From: Kofleriaceae bacterium
GTDB taxonomy: Bacteria > Myxococcota_A > Polyangia > Haliangiales > Haliangiaceae
Direction of reading: 5' to 3'
Length of the DNA: 64,000 nucleotides
Assembly: GCA_965215005.1 (NCBI GenBank)
Contig: CBDCCZ010000023.1
Location: forward strand, 64,001 to 128,000
This document shows, piece after piece, positions 17,922 to 29,229 of the stretch. A program made the translations under genes and the position numbers. Every line of letters begins with the position of its first letter. The stretch's first letter is position 1. Under the pieces are notes generated by a model. It saw nothing but the letters and a program-made list of their open reading frames with translations, was not told the origin of the DNA and did no database searches.

Positions 17922-19535
17922 TCAAGAGCGCCGAGATCCGCCCTTGCCGCCCTTGCCGCCCCCGCGCGCCGGCGAACTCCCTCGGCCGCGACCCGACGAC
18001 GATGCGCCGCGACCCAACGACGACGATGACCCGCGGCCCGACGACGACGATGACCCGCGACCCGACGACGACGATGACCCGCGACCCGACGACGACGATG
18101 ACCCGCGGCCCGACGACGACGATGCTCCGCGACCCGATGACGACGATGCGCCGCGACCCGATGACGACGATGCGCCGCGACCCGATGACGACGATGCGCC
18201 GCGACCCGATGACGACGATGACCCGCGACCCGATGACGACGATGACCCGCGACCCGATGACGACGATGACCCGCGACCCGATGACGACGATGACCCGCGA
18301 CCCGATGACGACGATGACCCGCGACCCGATGACGACGATGACCCGCGACCCGATGACGACGATGCCCCGCGACCCGATGACGACGATGCGCCGCGACCCG
18401 ATGACGACGATGCGCCGCGACCCGATGACGACGATGCTCCGCGACCCGACGACGATGCTCCGCGACCCGACGACGATGCTCCGCGACCCGACGACGATGC
18501 TCCGCGACCCGACGACGATGCCCCGCGACCCGACGACGATGCTCCGCGGCCCGACGACGACGATGACCCGCGGCCCGACGACGACGATGACCCACCACCG
18601 CGCGGAAACGACGACGCAACCGCCGGCGACTCGTCACCGAGCCCCGCCTTCAGACGCACCTTGTTGGCGGCGCGTTTCCGTCCTTGCAGTCTCAGCTCGC
18701 GCTCGGTGTCATCGACCCCGCGGTCGCGCGCCCGTGCGCGCCGCGCCAGGTCGGTGTCTTCACGTCGCGCGCTCCAGGTTCCGCGCGACACCGTGCTGCG
18801 ATCGAGGCCGACCGTGGCGCGCAGTGTATTGACCTCGGCTTGCGTAAGCTCCCGCGCATCGCCGACGCGCAGGCCCTCGAAGGTGAGCCCCGCGTAGCCA
18901 ACCCTCTGCAGCTTCTGCACCTGATAACCAAGCCCCTCGAGCATCTGATGGATCTGCCGGTTTTTGCCCTCGGTAATGGTGATGACCAACCAGTCGTGCT
19001 TGCTCGGCGCTCCCAAACTATCCACCTTCGCCGGCCGCGTGCGCCGACCATCCTCCAACCGCACCCCCGCCCGCAGTTGGTCGAGATGGCGAGGCCGCAC
19101 CTGCCCGCGAATCTTGGCGTGGTACGTCTTCTCGACCTCGTAATCGGGCGACTGCAGCCGCGCCGACAGCTCGCCGTCGTTGGTTAGCAGCAACACCCCT
19201 TCCGTGTAGTAATCGAGCCGACCAACAGGCGCGATCTGCGCCGGCACGCCGCGCAAATACTCCATCACCGTCTTCCGACCGCGCGGATCAGAAACCGCCG
19301 TGATGCACCCTTTGGGCTTGTTGAAGAGGACATAAAACTTATCCTCCGGCACCACCACCACGTCGTCGACACGCACTTCATCGCGACCGGCGGTGACCTT
19401 GGTGCCGAGCGTGGTCACGACCTCGCCGTTGACCTGCACCGAGCCGGCGGTGATGAGCTCTTCGCACTTGCGGCGCGCTGCGACGCCGCAGTCCGCCATA
19501 AACTTCTGCAATCGAACCTCGGCCACGTCGTTCAC
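17922..19535 (-). CDS. rluB: 23S rRNA pseudouridine synthase (RluB/RsuA family) with long Ser/Gly/Arg repeat tail
   Basis: RLQKFMA (S4 domain), [21 protein letters not shown]; follows scpB. Confidence 0.9.
   Translation of the reverse strand: MNDVAEVRLQKFMADCGVAARRKCEELITAGSVQVNGEVVTTLGTKVTAGRDEVRVDDVVVVPEDKFYVLFNKPKGCITAVSDPRGRKTVMEYLRGVPAQIAPVGRLDYYTEGVLLLTNDGELSARLQSPDYEVEKTYHAKIRGQVRPRHLDQLRAGVRLEDGRRTRPAKVDSLGAPSKHDWLVITITEGKNRQIHQMLEGLGYQVQKLQRVGYAGLTFEGLRVGDARELTQAEVNTLRATVGLDRSTVSRGTWSARREDTDLARRARARDRGVDDTERELRLQGRKRAANKVRLKAGLGDESPAVASSFPRGGGSSSSSGRGSSSSSGRGASSSGRGASSSGRGASSSGRGASSSGRGASSSGRGASSSSGRGASSSSGRGASSSSGRGASSSSGRGSSSSSGRGSSSSSGRGSSSSSGRGSSSSSGRGSSSSSGRGSSSSSGRGASSSSGRGASSSSGRGASSSSGRGASSSSGRGSSSSSGRGSSSSSGRGSSSSSGRGSSSSLGRGASSSGRGRGSSPARGGGKGGKGGSRRS
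17986..18591. repeat. ~26 tandem 24/21-bp units encoding (S/A)SSS(S)GRG in rluB
   Basis: CCGCGACCCGA(T/C)GACGACGATG(A/C)N units, no spacers. Confidence 0.95.
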
Positions 19536-20455
19536 ACTTCCGCGGGCGTCTCTGGCGGCCCCGCGTCCTCATCGTCGGTGTTGTCGTCTTCGGTGCTGCC
19601 GCTGGGCAGCTCATCGCTATTCGCGTTCGCAGAGCTCTCGCGCAGCCCCGCGTCGCTGGCGGCATCGGCCAAACGCGCCGCGGAAACCGGTGCTTCCTCG
19701 TCGTCCTCATCCGCGCTTGCTGTCGGCTCGGCGCGATTCTTCAGATCGGAGAGATCCATGCCGGCCTTCTTTACCTCACGCAGGCTCTCTTCGGTAAGCT
19801 CGTGATACTCACGCAGCGTCGGCAGATCGCGCAGCTCCGACAAGTTGAAGAACTCGAGGAAGTCGCGGGTGGTGCCGTAGAGCAATGGTCGTCCCGGCTC
19901 TTCCTTCTTGCCGAGCACGCGAATAAGGCTGCGGTCGAGCAGCACCCGCAGTGTCCCGCCCGAGTCGACGCCGCGAATTTCGTCAATCTCCGGGCGAGTG
20001 ATTGGCTGCCGGTACGCGATGATCGCCAGCGTCTCGAGCTGCGCCCGCGACAGCCGCACCGGCTTGCCGGCTACGAGCTGCTGCACGCAGCTTGCGCAAC
20101 TCGGGTGCGTGCGCAGCTGATAGCCGCCGGCAACGTCGTGCAACACGATTCCTCGGCTCGCGTAATGAGACTCAAGCGATTCGATCGCCGCCCGCACCTG
20201 CTCGAGGTCGGGCTGTCCTGTGAGCTGAGCGATGCGCTTGATGGGCAGCGGCTTCTCCGAGGCAAACACCAGGCTCTCGACCAACATCTCGAGGCGCTTG
20301 CCTTCCGGCACGCCCGCCTCCTCCGACTCGCTGTCGTCGACCTGAGCGTCCTCCACTCCTGCCGAAAGCTCACGCTCCTCTTGATCGCCCGGAGTCTCCG
20401 CCTTCGACGCTTCGCGCTCCTGGGCGGCGCTGCTGCCGCGCCCCTTGCGACTCAT
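19532..20455 (-). CDS. scpB: SMC-Scp complex subunit ScpB
   Basis: [44 protein letters not shown]. Confidence 0.95.
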   Translation of the reverse strand: MSRKGRGSSAAQEREASKAETPGDQEERELSAGVEDAQVDDSESEEAGVPEGKRLEMLVESLVFASEKPLPIKRIAQLTGQPDLEQVRAAIESLESHYASRGIVLHDVAGGYQLRTHPSCASCVQQLVAGKPVRLSRAQLETLAIIAYRQPITRPEIDEIRGVDSGGTLRVLLDRSLIRVLGKKEEPGRPLLYGTTRDFLEFFNLSELRDLPTLREYHELTEESLREVKKAGMDLSDLKNRAEPTASADEDDEEAPVSAARLADAASDAGLRESSANANSDELPSGSTEDDNTDDEDAGPPETPAEV

Positions 20456-21291
20456 CGATAGTCGTCCTTGCTTGCCACCACGCCGGCGACACGCGCGCGC
20501 ACCTCGCTGGTGGCGCGCGCGATGAGGATTTCGTCATCGCCGTCGACTTGCGTGATCGTGATGAGGCGCAGCTTGGCCATCTCGAGAATGGCCAAGAACG
20601 TCACCACCGCCTCGTGACGAATTTCCTCGAGCGAAACCTCGGCACCTTCCTCGAGAAACGAAAACAGCGACAAGAACTCGAAGCTGCGCTCACGCTCGAG
20701 CCGGTCAGCCAGCTCGCTGATGCGCTCCGCGACCGACAGCCGGTCGACCACCACGTTGTGGGCGAGCTTGACCTTGGCCCGCCGCAGCGCCCGATCGAGG
20801 GCCTCTACGAGCTTGATGATCGGAACCTCGGCGAGCGGCGCCAACGTGTCGGCGTCGACATTCTCGCTCAGCGCTTCTTCCTGCGGAGTCCCTCGCGGCC
20901 AGACGTTGCGACCAACCACCGGTCGGTGGCCTAAATGCGTTGCCGCCTCTTTGTACTTCTGATACTCGAGCAAGCGCCGAATCAAATCGGCTCGCGGGTC
21001 GAGGTCATCGTCGCTGTCGAGCTCGTCGGGCTCCACCAAACTGGGATCCGGCGGCAGCAGCTGGCGCGACTTGATGTGCGCCAGGGTCGCCGCCATCAAC
21101 AAGTACTCGCCGGCGACGTCTAGATTGAGCGAGCTCATCAGGTCGAGGTACTCGAGGTACTTCTCGGTGATGAAGGAGATCGGGATGTCGAGAATCTCGA
21201 GCTCGTGCTTCTTGACCAAGTGGAGGAGCAGATCGAGCGGCCCCTCGAAGACATCGAGCTCGACCTCGAGTCCGGCGCTGCGTGTGTTCAT
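20452..21291 (-). CDS. scpA: Segregation/condensation protein ScpA
   Basis: [39 protein letters not shown]; start MNTRS overlaps upstream stop. Confidence 0.93.
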   Translation of the reverse strand: MNTRSAGLEVELDVFEGPLDLLLHLVKKHELEILDIPISFITEKYLEYLDLMSSLNLDVAGEYLLMAATLAHIKSRQLLPPDPSLVEPDELDSDDDLDPRADLIRRLLEYQKYKEAATHLGHRPVVGRNVWPRGTPQEEALSENVDADTLAPLAEVPIIKLVEALDRALRRAKVKLAHNVVVDRLSVAERISELADRLERERSFEFLSLFSFLEEGAEVSLEEIRHEAVVTFLAILEMAKLRLITITQVDGDDEILIARATSEVRARVAGVVASKDDYR

Positions 21292-21962
21292 CGGAGCCCG
21301 AGCAGGCCGAAGAGAGTCTTGCCGAGAAACACCGCCGGCTCGATGAAGATGCGGCTGAGCCCGGGGATGAAGATGACCGCCATCAACACGAACGGCCCAT
21401 ACACCGCCAGCTTTTCGTATGTCGGCAGATATCGGTTGGGCAACATTCCGGCGAGCACGGTGCCGCCATCGAGCGGCGGCGCCGGAATGAAGTTGAAGAA
21501 CATCAAGATGAAGTTGAGCAGCACCGCATAGCGCAGCGCCTCGTTGAGGGCGTGGGTCGGCTCGAGGATGCCCGTCCTTATAAGGATCAGGTTGACCACC
21601 GCGATGACCACACCAAAGAGCAGGTTCATCAGCGGCCCGGCCGCGGCCACCAACATGTGCAGCGTTCGCATCGACCAGTTCTTGAAGCGAAACTGCACCG
21701 GCTGCACCTGCACCGGCCGGCCCCAACCAAATCCAAAGCCCGCGCCGCCGGTGAACGCCAGGCCGACCAGCGGAAACACCAAGGTGCCGATGGGGTCCGC
21801 GTGCGCGAGCGGATTGAGAGTGACGCGCCCCTGGCTCGCGGGCAGCCGATCGCCAAACTTGTGGGCAATGATCGCGTGGCCAAACTCGTGAACGGCGATC
21901 GAGAGGATGAGGATGATCATCCCCTGGACGATCAGCCGCATCTCCAGGGCGGACAGTTCCAT
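21288..21962 (-). CDS. Site-2 protease (M50 family)
   Basis: [24 protein letters not shown]. Confidence 0.93.
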   Translation of the reverse strand: MELSALEMRLIVQGMIILILSIAVHEFGHAIIAHKFGDRLPASQGRVTLNPLAHADPIGTLVFPLVGLAFTGGAGFGFGWGRPVQVQPVQFRFKNWSMRTLHMLVAAAGPLMNLLFGVVIAVVNLILIRTGILEPTHALNEALRYAVLLNFILMFFNFIPAPPLDGGTVLAGMLPNRYLPTYEKLAVYGPFVLMAVIFIPGLSRIFIEPAVFLGKTLFGLLGLR

Positions 21963-22042
21963 AGGTCGGCAACACTATGGCGGGCGTATGACAGCCCTGC
22001 AAGCCCCTTATCCGGGGATCTACCCGCGCCAACACTTCGGAA

Positions 22043-22651
22043 TCACTTGTACATGGCCGTCGCCGTTCCCGACAGAACCACCGCCGCGGCGGCTCGCAGT
22101 CGGCCGCGATACGCGCGCTCATCGAGTGGCGCCCCGGCTCCATAGCACGCGCCGTGCGCGCCGCGCAAAAGCAACGCGACGGCACTCTCGACCGAGTGAG
22201 GCGGCTCGGGCATCCAGGCGCCGCTGGCCGCAAGCTCGGCCAAAAGCCCCTGCAGGATGGCCGCGTAACGACCGTCAGCGGCGGCGAAGACGGGCGCACA
22301 AAGGGCGTTTTTCGAGTCGATGAGCTCGGAGGCATGCGCGCTCGTGTGCACCAGCTCGTAGAGCGTCCAGAACTTTGCCATGAGAGCCGCGGTGACGCGC
22401 TCGACGGGACTGCCGGCGCTGCCGGCGGCACTGGCGGCGGCGTCGACCAACTGCGTTGCCAGCCGCTCCGCGACCGCCACGAAGACCGCCTTCTTGCTGG
22501 GAAACTCGAGATAAATTGAGCCCTTGGCCACGCCGGCGGCCCTGGCGATGTCGTCCACCGCCGCGCGCTTATAGCCATAACGGGCGAACGTAGCCGCCGC
22601 CGCATCGAGGAGGCGCTCGCGGCGCGAAGAGCTCATGGCGCCATCTTCCAT
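22043..22651 (-). CDS. TetR-family transcriptional regulator
   Basis: LLDAAAATFARYGY...DIARAAGVAKGSIYLEFPSK. Confidence 0.92.
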   Translation of the reverse strand: MEDGAMSSSRRERLLDAAAATFARYGYKRAAVDDIARAAGVAKGSIYLEFPSKKAVFVAVAERLATQLVDAAASAAGSAGSPVERVTAALMAKFWTLYELVHTSAHASELIDSKNALCAPVFAAADGRYAAILQGLLAELAASGAWMPEPPHSVESAVALLLRGAHGACYGAGAPLDERAYRGRLRAAAAVVLSGTATAMYK

Positions 22652-22715
22652 CGCGGGGTCGGCACCATCAACCGCAATTCTTTCAGCTCCTTAGCTGCAT
22701 CACTGAAATTCGAAT

Positions 22716-22739
22716 TGACCAATTGAGTAAAATTGGTCA
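22716..22739. promoter_or_regulatory. Palindromic operator between divergent tetR and MRJP-family gene
   Basis: TGACCAATT-gagtaa-AATTGGTCA in an AT-rich intergenic region. Confidence 0.75.
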
Positions 22740-22783
22740 TTCAGTAAATAGATTTGCCCTCGCACCGCCGGACCGGAGTTCTC

Positions 22784-23926
22784 ATGCGTCGATTCAAGCT
22801 CGTGCTCTTTGCCCTGACAGGCGCTATCGCTGTCCTCGCGCTCGTCGTCGCGCTCACGCTCAGGCTGCGCTACGGCGGCGGTGAGCCCTACCCCGATCTC
22901 TCGGAAGAACCGCTCTTTGCCGGAGACGTTCTCGAGCCGGTGGTGGTGAGCGAGGAGCCCATTGGCAACGTCGCGGTTTCCTCCGACCATCGCATCTTCT
23001 ACACCATTCACCCCGAGAGTCGGCCGACCGGCGCCAAGCTCCTCGAGTGGCGCGATGGGGCTGGCGTGCCGTGGCCGAGCGCCGCCGCGCAGCAGCGTTT
23101 CGACACGGTGCTCGGTGTGGCCATTGATGCGCAGGAGCGGCTTTGGACCATCGACCACGGCAATCACGCCACCGGCACGCCGCGGCTTCTTGCCTTCGAC
23201 ATCGCCACGGGTCAGCTCGTGCACGAGCACCAGTTTGCCCGCGACCTTGCCCCGCTCGGCTCCTTTCTGCAGGACCTAAAGGTCGCCGAGGATGGCGACA
23301 CCGTCTACATCGCCGACGTCAGCTTCTGGCGTAAGCATCCCGCGATCATCGTCTACGACCGCGCCAGTGGCCGTGCGCGCCGGGTGCTGCAAGATCATCC
23401 CTCGGTATCGCCGCAGGATTGGATCGTCGAAACTCCAGCAAAGAAAATGACCTTCTTCGCCGGCCTCGTGGCCCTCAAAGCGGGCGTCGACGGGCTCGTG
23501 CTATCGACTGCAGGCGACTGGCTCTATTACGCGGCCATGAGTCATAGCGGCCTATTCCGCGTTCCGACCGCAGCGCTTAGCAACCCCGCGCTCAGCGCTG
23601 TCGAGCTCGCGCAGCGGGTCGAGCGTGTCGGCGCGAAGCCGCTTTCCGATGGCCTCGGAATCGACGCACAAGGCAACGTCTTGGTGACCGACGTCGAGCA
23701 CGGGGCGGTCCTACGCATCGCCAGCGACGGCACGCGCCAGACGCTCGTCGCCAGTTCCAAGCTTCGCTGGGCAGACGCGGTTACCTACGGACCCGAGGGC
23801 TGGCTCTACATCGCCGACAGCGCGATTCCCGAGCAGATGTTGCAGAGCAAGGACCACATCCGCGCCAGCGCGCCGTACTACGTCTGGCGCTTCCGCCCTG
23901 ACATCGCCGGGCACTCGTTCGAGTAG
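22784..23926 (+). CDS. Major royal jelly protein/yellow-like beta-propeller (SMP-30/gluconolactonase-like), N-terminal anchor
   Basis: GNVAVS, LWTIDHG, VYIAD, DGL...WLYY, SDGLGID..GNV, LRWAD; GGAG RBS. Confidence 0.8.
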   Translation: MRRFKLVLFALTGAIAVLALVVALTLRLRYGGGEPYPDLSEEPLFAGDVLEPVVVSEEPIGNVAVSSDHRIFYTIHPESRPTGAKLLEWRDGAGVPWPSAAAQQRFDTVLGVAIDAQERLWTIDHGNHATGTPRLLAFDIATGQLVHEHQFARDLAPLGSFLQDLKVAEDGDTVYIADVSFWRKHPAIIVYDRASGRARRVLQDHPSVSPQDWIVETPAKKMTFFAGLVALKAGVDGLVLSTAGDWLYYAAMSHSGLFRVPTAALSNPALSAVELAQRVERVGAKPLSDGLGIDAQGNVLVTDVEHGAVLRIASDGTRQTLVASSKLRWADAVTYGPEGWLYIADSAIPEQMLQSKDHIRASAPYYVWRFRPDIAGHSFE

Positions 23927-24055
23927 GTCGGTGAGAACGGCCAACGTAGGCTCATTGGGACAAACGACGCGGCAATCTTCGTCTGGAAGCGGCAAGATGC
24001 GGTCGATTTCTACCGCGCGGATACCGGCGCATGCGCACCCCTCTATAGTGCCGCG

Positions 24056-24892
24056 GTGCCATCGCTTCACGATCCCCCAGCCGCCTCCGAGTCGGCGAAC
24101 GTCATCAGTGACACCAAGCGAGCGGAGCTCCAGCGCCGGCTCGATGCACTCGACTATCAAGCCGGCAACTTACAGCGAGACCTGAAGGAGGCGATGCGAC
24201 CGCCGCCACACGTGGTTTGGCGGCGTCAACTCATCCTGTTCGGCGTTCCAGCCGCGGCACTTACCGTTGGTTTCGTGGTCGCCGGCTTAAGAGGGCTGCT
24301 TGCTGCTCTCGTGGCTTGCGTCGCGCTGCCGATCATGGCCGTCATCGTCGCCGGTCCCGTTGCACGCCTCGTTGGCGGCCCAAGGCGGAAGGTCGGCGAG
24401 CTGCGGTATGCCGTCGATGTGGCCGCCCATGCCTTGGTGATCGACGATGACGGCGCCGACGGTGCCCGCGCACTGATGTCGCTGGCGTTGGTCCACCTTC
24501 TCCTCGGCAGGTTTGCCATGGGCTGGCAACTGTCGGCGCACGGCGCCGCATTGCTCGCTGCACTTACCGCCATCGCTGAGGCGCCGGGACCGGTCGCGGG
24601 CAACGACTGGATCGTCCGGCGCAGCCAACTTCCCCAGCAAGAAAAGCGGCTGACGGTTTGGCGCGATCGGCTCGGCATCAGCGCCGATGCTTCCTTCACC
24701 ATCGGCGGTCCCGGCATCGATCCGCAACACGAGCTCAACGCTTGCCTCGCCCTCGCACGCGACGCCGCCGCCGATCCCAGCGGCGCCTTCGCCGCGGCCC
24801 TTCGCGAGCTGGTCGCGCAGTGGCAGCGTCCTCCCTATGAGGCCAAGCACAGGTATCTTCGCCGCGCCGCGCGACACCTCGAGCGCCGGTAA
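24056..24892 (+). CDS. Hypothetical membrane protein
   Basis: 278-aa ORF with N-terminal coiled segment and two hydrophobic helices; no family recognised. Confidence 0.5.
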   Translation: MPSLHDPPAASESANVISDTKRAELQRRLDALDYQAGNLQRDLKEAMRPPPHVVWRRQLILFGVPAAALTVGFVVAGLRGLLAALVACVALPIMAVIVAGPVARLVGGPRRKVGELRYAVDVAAHALVIDDDGADGARALMSLALVHLLLGRFAMGWQLSAHGAALLAALTAIAEAPGPVAGNDWIVRRSQLPQQEKRLTVWRDRLGISADASFTIGGPGIDPQHELNACLALARDAAADPSGAFAAALRELVAQWQRPPYEAKHRYLRRAARHLERR

Positions 24893-25185
24893 CGATACCG
24901 CGACACCGCGACCGCCGACGGTTTGACCCCGCCGAGCTTCGCGCCCGCGTCACCGATACACTCCTGCCGTTAGCGCTGCGTGCGCCGCAGCAGCCGCGGA
25001 TTACGATGATGACCGACCGCGGCGTTCACAACAGGGCCCTTATGAGCGCAGGCATGCGCAGAGCCCTTCGATGGGGTCAACCTTGGTACGAGCCTCCCCG
25101 CCGACGAAGCCAGCGTGAGTGATAATTCGCTCGCGCGACAGGGAGTCAGCGTGGGTGACGCGACTCGCTCGCGCGACAGGCTGTC

Positions 25186-26079
25186 TCAGGCGCGCGGGTG
25201 GTGCTCGAGATAGAGCTCGACGAGTCGGGCACGCGAGACGTGCGTGTAGATTTGCGTGGTGCTGATGTCGGCGTGACCGAGCATGGCTTGCACGGCGCGC
25301 AGGTCGGCGCCGTGCTCGAGCAGGTGGGTGGCGAACGAGTGGCGCAGCTTGTGCGGTGAGATGTCGGCGCGGATGCCGGCGGCGCGGGCGTAGCGGCGCA
25401 GTAGCTTCCAAAAGCCCTGCCGCGTCATGGGAGCACCGCGTGCGGTGAGAAATAGGGCCTTCTGCCGCGGGTTCTTGTGAAACACCGGCCGCGCCTGCGC
25501 CACGTAGCTGTCGATGCGTTCGACGGCGACCTCCCCGAGCGGCACGAGCCGCTGCTTGCGCCCCTTGCCAGTCACTTTCAAGTAACCAGCGGTCAAGTTG
25601 ACGCTATCGGCCGGAATCGAGACCAACTCGGTGACGCGAAGGCCGGTGGCGTAAAGCGTTTCGATCATCGCGGCGTCACGAAGCCCACGCGGCGTATCGA
25701 GCGGCGGCGCCGCCAGCAGGCGCTCGATGGCCTCTTCACCGAGCACGTCGGGAAGCTTGCGGTGGGTCCGCGGCGCATCGAGGGTCTCGGTGGGATCGAC
25801 GGCGATTAGTCCTTCCGCGAGCAAGAAGCGAAACCAACCGCGCATTGCTACCAGCGCCCGTGCGCGGCTGCGGGCGCCGAGCGACTCGCTCGCCAGATGC
25901 AGCAGATAGTCGGTAAGATCGGCGGTGCTGACGGCGTCGACTTCGTCGCGCCCGCGCGCGAGCAAAAACCGCCGGAGACGCGTTAGGTCACGCCCATAGG
26001 CTTCGAGCGTGTTGACCGCTAGATCGCGCTCGACCTTCAAGTGCTCGAGAAAGCGATCGCTGGCCCGGTCGAGATCCAC
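25186..26079 (-). CDS. xerD: Tyrosine recombinase XerD
   Basis: [78 protein letters not shown] start inferred. Confidence 0.93.
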   Translation of the reverse strand: MDLDRASDRFLEHLKVERDLAVNTLEAYGRDLTRLRRFLLARGRDEVDAVSTADLTDYLLHLASESLGARSRARALVAMRGWFRFLLAEGLIAVDPTETLDAPRTHRKLPDVLGEEAIERLLAAPPLDTPRGLRDAAMIETLYATGLRVTELVSIPADSVNLTAGYLKVTGKGRKQRLVPLGEVAVERIDSYVAQARPVFHKNPRQKALFLTARGAPMTRQGFWKLLRRYARAAGIRADISPHKLRHSFATHLLEHGADLRAVQAMLGHADISTTQIYTHVSRARLVELYLEHHPRA

Positions 26080-26281
26080 CGTCGCACGCTGCCATGGCCG
26101 ATCGCGCACCGCAATTTTATGACGGCCGAGGGCCGCAGTCACTTCTGCGAGAACGACACGTGCATTCGCTGTTCAGCGAAACGCCGCAACCCACCATGGC
26201 TCCTGCGTCGACATCGCGAACCGAGCGAAGCTCTATCGAGTCCCCAGCGATGGTGGCAACGTAGGGCCGCGCGCCGTATTC

Positions 26282-28315
26282 TTGCCGCCGTTGCAACCGC
26301 GGCAGCGACATAGGCAGCGATGGCGACCGCGAGCGGTGATCGCGCTGCTCGTTTTGGCCGCGTGTACGCGAGCCGCGCCCCCGCCAGCGAAACCGGTTCC
26401 GGTGCCCACCGTAGGCCGCGTCGTCATCCGATCGCTGGTGCAGCTCCGCGGGCTCACGAGCGCGCCGGGCCTGGGATTGATTCTCAACACAGACGCCAAC
26501 GGCGCAGCTGCGATCTTGCCGCTATCCTCGGACGAGCTCGTCACACTCGCCGCGCCCTGGTCTTCGCGTGTCGATCCGAGCCAGCGTGGTCTCACCGCTC
26601 TGCAGCTGGGCGCGTCCCCGCAGCACGCACCACAAGTCGCGGTCACCGCTTCGGGCGCGGAGCCAAGATGGCTGGCCTCGGTCTGGAATGCCGCCATGGC
26701 CGCTAGTGCCACGCTAAACAAGGATCTCGATGCGGTTGGCTTCTCCGCAACCGCTGCGGTCGCGCTCGAGCCGCTTGCTAGCGCTGGCGCTGCAGCTGGA
26801 TTTCTGGCCGCACTCACCGGCGCTCCAGCCGACTCGCGGGCGATCGTGCTTGGCATCCTGTTGCCCGACGGCACCATCGGCCCGGGCCCAAAACTAAAGG
26901 AAGCGATCGCCGCGGCAACGGCCTCAGGGCGGACCCGCATCGGTGTGCCGGCCGGGTGGTCGCAGGCAAACCGAGGAAGCGCCGCGGCGACGCTCCAGAT
27001 CACTCCCCTGCGCGATCTTCGCGATGCCTACGCCCTCCTCACCCATCGCGCCTTGCCCGTGCCCATCGCCCTGCCCTCGGAGGCGATGGCACTCACCACG
27101 GCCGAACAAGCGCATTTCGCAAGCGCCTATCTCAAGTGGCAAACGCGCCTTCGCGCGCTTTGGCCGCAGTTGTTGATTCTACAAAACGCTGGACGTTTGC
27201 CGCGTCAAATCGCCGTGTCAGCTACTCAGGCGCACGAAGACGCTCGCGCCGCCGAGGCGCTGCTTGCACAGGGACAACCCGCCCTCGCCTATCTTCGTTT
27301 GATCGACGCGGTGACGCTGGCGACCACCGTGACCACGTCGCATGCCGTGATCGATGCCGTTCGCCGCGGCACCGGACTGCGCGCCACACTCGATGCGCTC
27401 GCGACGCTGGGCGATATCGAAGAGCTCTCTTCTGCGTCCACTGCACCGCCGCACCTCCTGGGCTACGCGCAGCACCTCGAAGCGCTTCAAGCAGCGGTTG
27501 CGGGGCGACTCTACCGGCAGCACGGGCTGGCGCTGCTCGCGCCGCTACGTGCCCGTCTTGCTGCGCCAAAGATTCGCGCGCAGGAGGTCGAAGACGCCGC
27601 GGTGCTTTGGCAAGCCGTGGCGCCGGTGGTGCTTGCGCTTGCCCGCGGCCGCGCGAAATCGCTGGTTGCGCGCGAGGTGCTCGAGCTCGCCTCCGACAGC
27701 GACCCCATCGCCTACGAGCTCGACGCCAGCGCTGCTGAGCGGTTGGCAACGACTCATGCCGCGTCCGCAGCGGCAGCCCTCGCGGCTATTCGTGAAGCCG
27801 AGGCGTTTCAGCTCGGCTATCTCGAGGGAGGCGCGGCCGGCTCCGGTAAGGAGCTGCCTCGAGATCAACGCCTCGCGCTCGCCGAGGCCCTCTTGGCCCA
27901 GCGACAAAGCAGCATCCGGCTCGCAATGGACTCGTCACTCCGACCGCAACGCGCGCCACTCAGCGGCCGGGCGGTCGCCACTCCTGAGGCCCAATTCCTG
28001 GCTTCTCTGCTCGACAACGCAGCACGTGCGGCGCGGCAACATGCGGCCGCGGCGAGCGTCGTAGCCAACGCGGTGCCGCTGCTGGCACGGCTGCACTATC
28101 TACGAGCGCGCCAGCTGGCCACCACCGGCATCCGCGGCCGTCTGGCGGCGCTGGAAGCACTATGGCAAAGCTCGCAAAGCTCGCAGCTCGTCACGCTGCT
28201 GGCTCGCAACGTGAGCCTGCCGCCCGCGCTGGCCCCTACGACTCACGAACGCTGCGCCGATCCTGGTAGCGAAGCACCTCAGCCATCTCCTTCTGCCCGT
28301 GCTGCGTGTCGATGA
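26282..28315 (+). CDS. Lipoprotein with Lon-type (S16) protease-like domain
   Basis: LAAC lipobox; PLASAGAAA...GILLPDGTIGPGPKLKEAIAAA..G...I.VP; start uncertain (may be GTG 26336). Confidence 0.6.
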   Translation: MPPLQPRQRHRQRWRPRAVIALLVLAACTRAAPPPAKPVPVPTVGRVVIRSLVQLRGLTSAPGLGLILNTDANGAAAILPLSSDELVTLAAPWSSRVDPSQRGLTALQLGASPQHAPQVAVTASGAEPRWLASVWNAAMAASATLNKDLDAVGFSATAAVALEPLASAGAAAGFLAALTGAPADSRAIVLGILLPDGTIGPGPKLKEAIAAATASGRTRIGVPAGWSQANRGSAAATLQITPLRDLRDAYALLTHRALPVPIALPSEAMALTTAEQAHFASAYLKWQTRLRALWPQLLILQNAGRLPRQIAVSATQAHEDARAAEALLAQGQPALAYLRLIDAVTLATTVTTSHAVIDAVRRGTGLRATLDALATLGDIEELSSASTAPPHLLGYAQHLEALQAAVAGRLYRQHGLALLAPLRARLAAPKIRAQEVEDAAVLWQAVAPVVLALARGRAKSLVAREVLELASDSDPIAYELDASAAERLATTHAASAAAALAAIREAEAFQLGYLEGGAAGSGKELPRDQRLALAEALLAQRQSSIRLAMDSSLRPQRAPLSGRAVATPEAQFLASLLDNAARAARQHAAAASVVANAVPLLARLHYLRARQLATTGIRGRLAALEALWQSSQSSQLVTLLARNVSLPPALAPTTHERCADPGSEAPQPSPSARAACR

Positions 28316-28754
28316 TCGCGACGTCATTATCGCCGTCATGACCGCTTTCCTCGAGCCAAAGCTCGAGCGCCCGACGAGCACCGATGAGTCCGGTGGCACG
28401 CCCCGGCGGCTGCAGCGCATAGGAGCTCACGCCGGCGCGGCCGACGACGTCGCGAATCCACCGCGCGTGCTGGCGAAACGTCTCGTCGTCAAAGCTATCT
28501 GATCGGCCCAGACCAAACAGCACCAGCCGACGAAACGTCAGTCGCCGCCCCGGCGGCAGCATCATGGTTTCGCCGCGCTCACCACTCATGCGCTGCGCAC
28601 GAATGAGCTGCGACAGACGTCCACACAGGCGCCAGTCGGCCAAGCCCGCAGCTCCGCGCAGCGGACGCTCGTCGGCAAAGAAGGTAACCACCAGCGTGTC
28701 GACCTTTGCGGTGTCCCAACGCCGAAGCTCACTCGACAAAAACGTCACCGCCAT
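28236..28754 (-). CDS. Standalone M17 leucyl-aminopeptidase N-terminal-like domain protein
   Basis: DERPLRGAAGLADWRLCGRLS...GET.ML...RLVLFGLG. Confidence 0.75.
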   Translation of the reverse strand: MAVTFLSSELRRWDTAKVDTLVVTFFADERPLRGAAGLADWRLCGRLSQLIRAQRMSGERGETMMLPPGRRLTFRRLVLFGLGRSDSFDDETFRQHARWIRDVVGRAGVSSYALQPPGRATGLIGARRALELWLEESGHDGDNDVAIIDTQHGQKEMAEVLRYQDRRSVRES

Positions 28755-28793
28755 CGCCGCTACCCGCTAGAAGCTCGCGTCAGTCGCATTGCC

Positions 28794-29228
28794 TCATTCG
28801 CCTCGCAACGATTGTCCAATGCGATCGAGAATGCCATTGACGAAAGCCGGAGACTCGCTGGTACCAAACCGTTTGGCAAGCTCAACCGCCTCGTTGATTA
28901 CCACCTTGAGCGGGACCCCTTCGCCATGGCGCAATTCGCACGTCGACATCCGCAAGATGTTCCGATCAACGCGCGACATGCGCTCCAAACGCCAGTTTCG
29001 CGACGCGGCGGCGATGACGTCGTCGACCTCTGATTGGTGCTGCACCGTGTTCTGGACCAGTAGGCGGGCAAACTCGCGGGTTGGCTCGTCAAGCTCGACC
29101 TCGAAGACCTGCGCATACTCTTGCAGCGCCCCCTCGAGCTCGACAGCTTGCGCATCGGGGTTTAGATCCAACGCGTACAACACCTGCAGTGCAAACCGGC
29201 GCGCGCGCCTGCGTGACCCCGGCGGCAT
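28794..29228 (-). CDS. nusB: Transcription antitermination factor NusB
   Basis: RRRARRFALQVLY, WRLERMSRVDRNILR, INEAVELAKRFG, FVNGILD. Confidence 0.96.
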   Translation of the reverse strand: MPPGSRRRARRFALQVLYALDLNPDAQAVELEGALQEYAQVFEVELDEPTREFARLLVQNTVQHQSEVDDVIAAASRNWRLERMSRVDRNILRMSTCELRHGEGVPLKVVINEAVELAKRFGTSESPAFVNGILDRIGQSLRGE

Positions 29229-29229
29229 C

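Noticed and set aside
17986..18591. Possible CRISPR array
   Set aside because: Units are contiguous with no unique spacers, are multiples of 3 and lie in frame within rluB; no cas genes
17621..18897. Alternative-frame repeat ORFs (PRPDDDD, TTMTRDP, HRRHRVA)
   Set aside because: Shadows of the stop-free repeat; only the minus-strand frame is continuous with the RluB catalytic domain
20452..22605. 717-aa ScpA fusion from the ORF track
   Set aside because: The N-terminal extension overlaps the S2P and TetR genes in other frames; ScpA homology starts near 21291
25186..26079. xerD as integrase of an island
   Set aside because: It has housekeeping XerD motifs and sits in core context, away from either accessory region boundary
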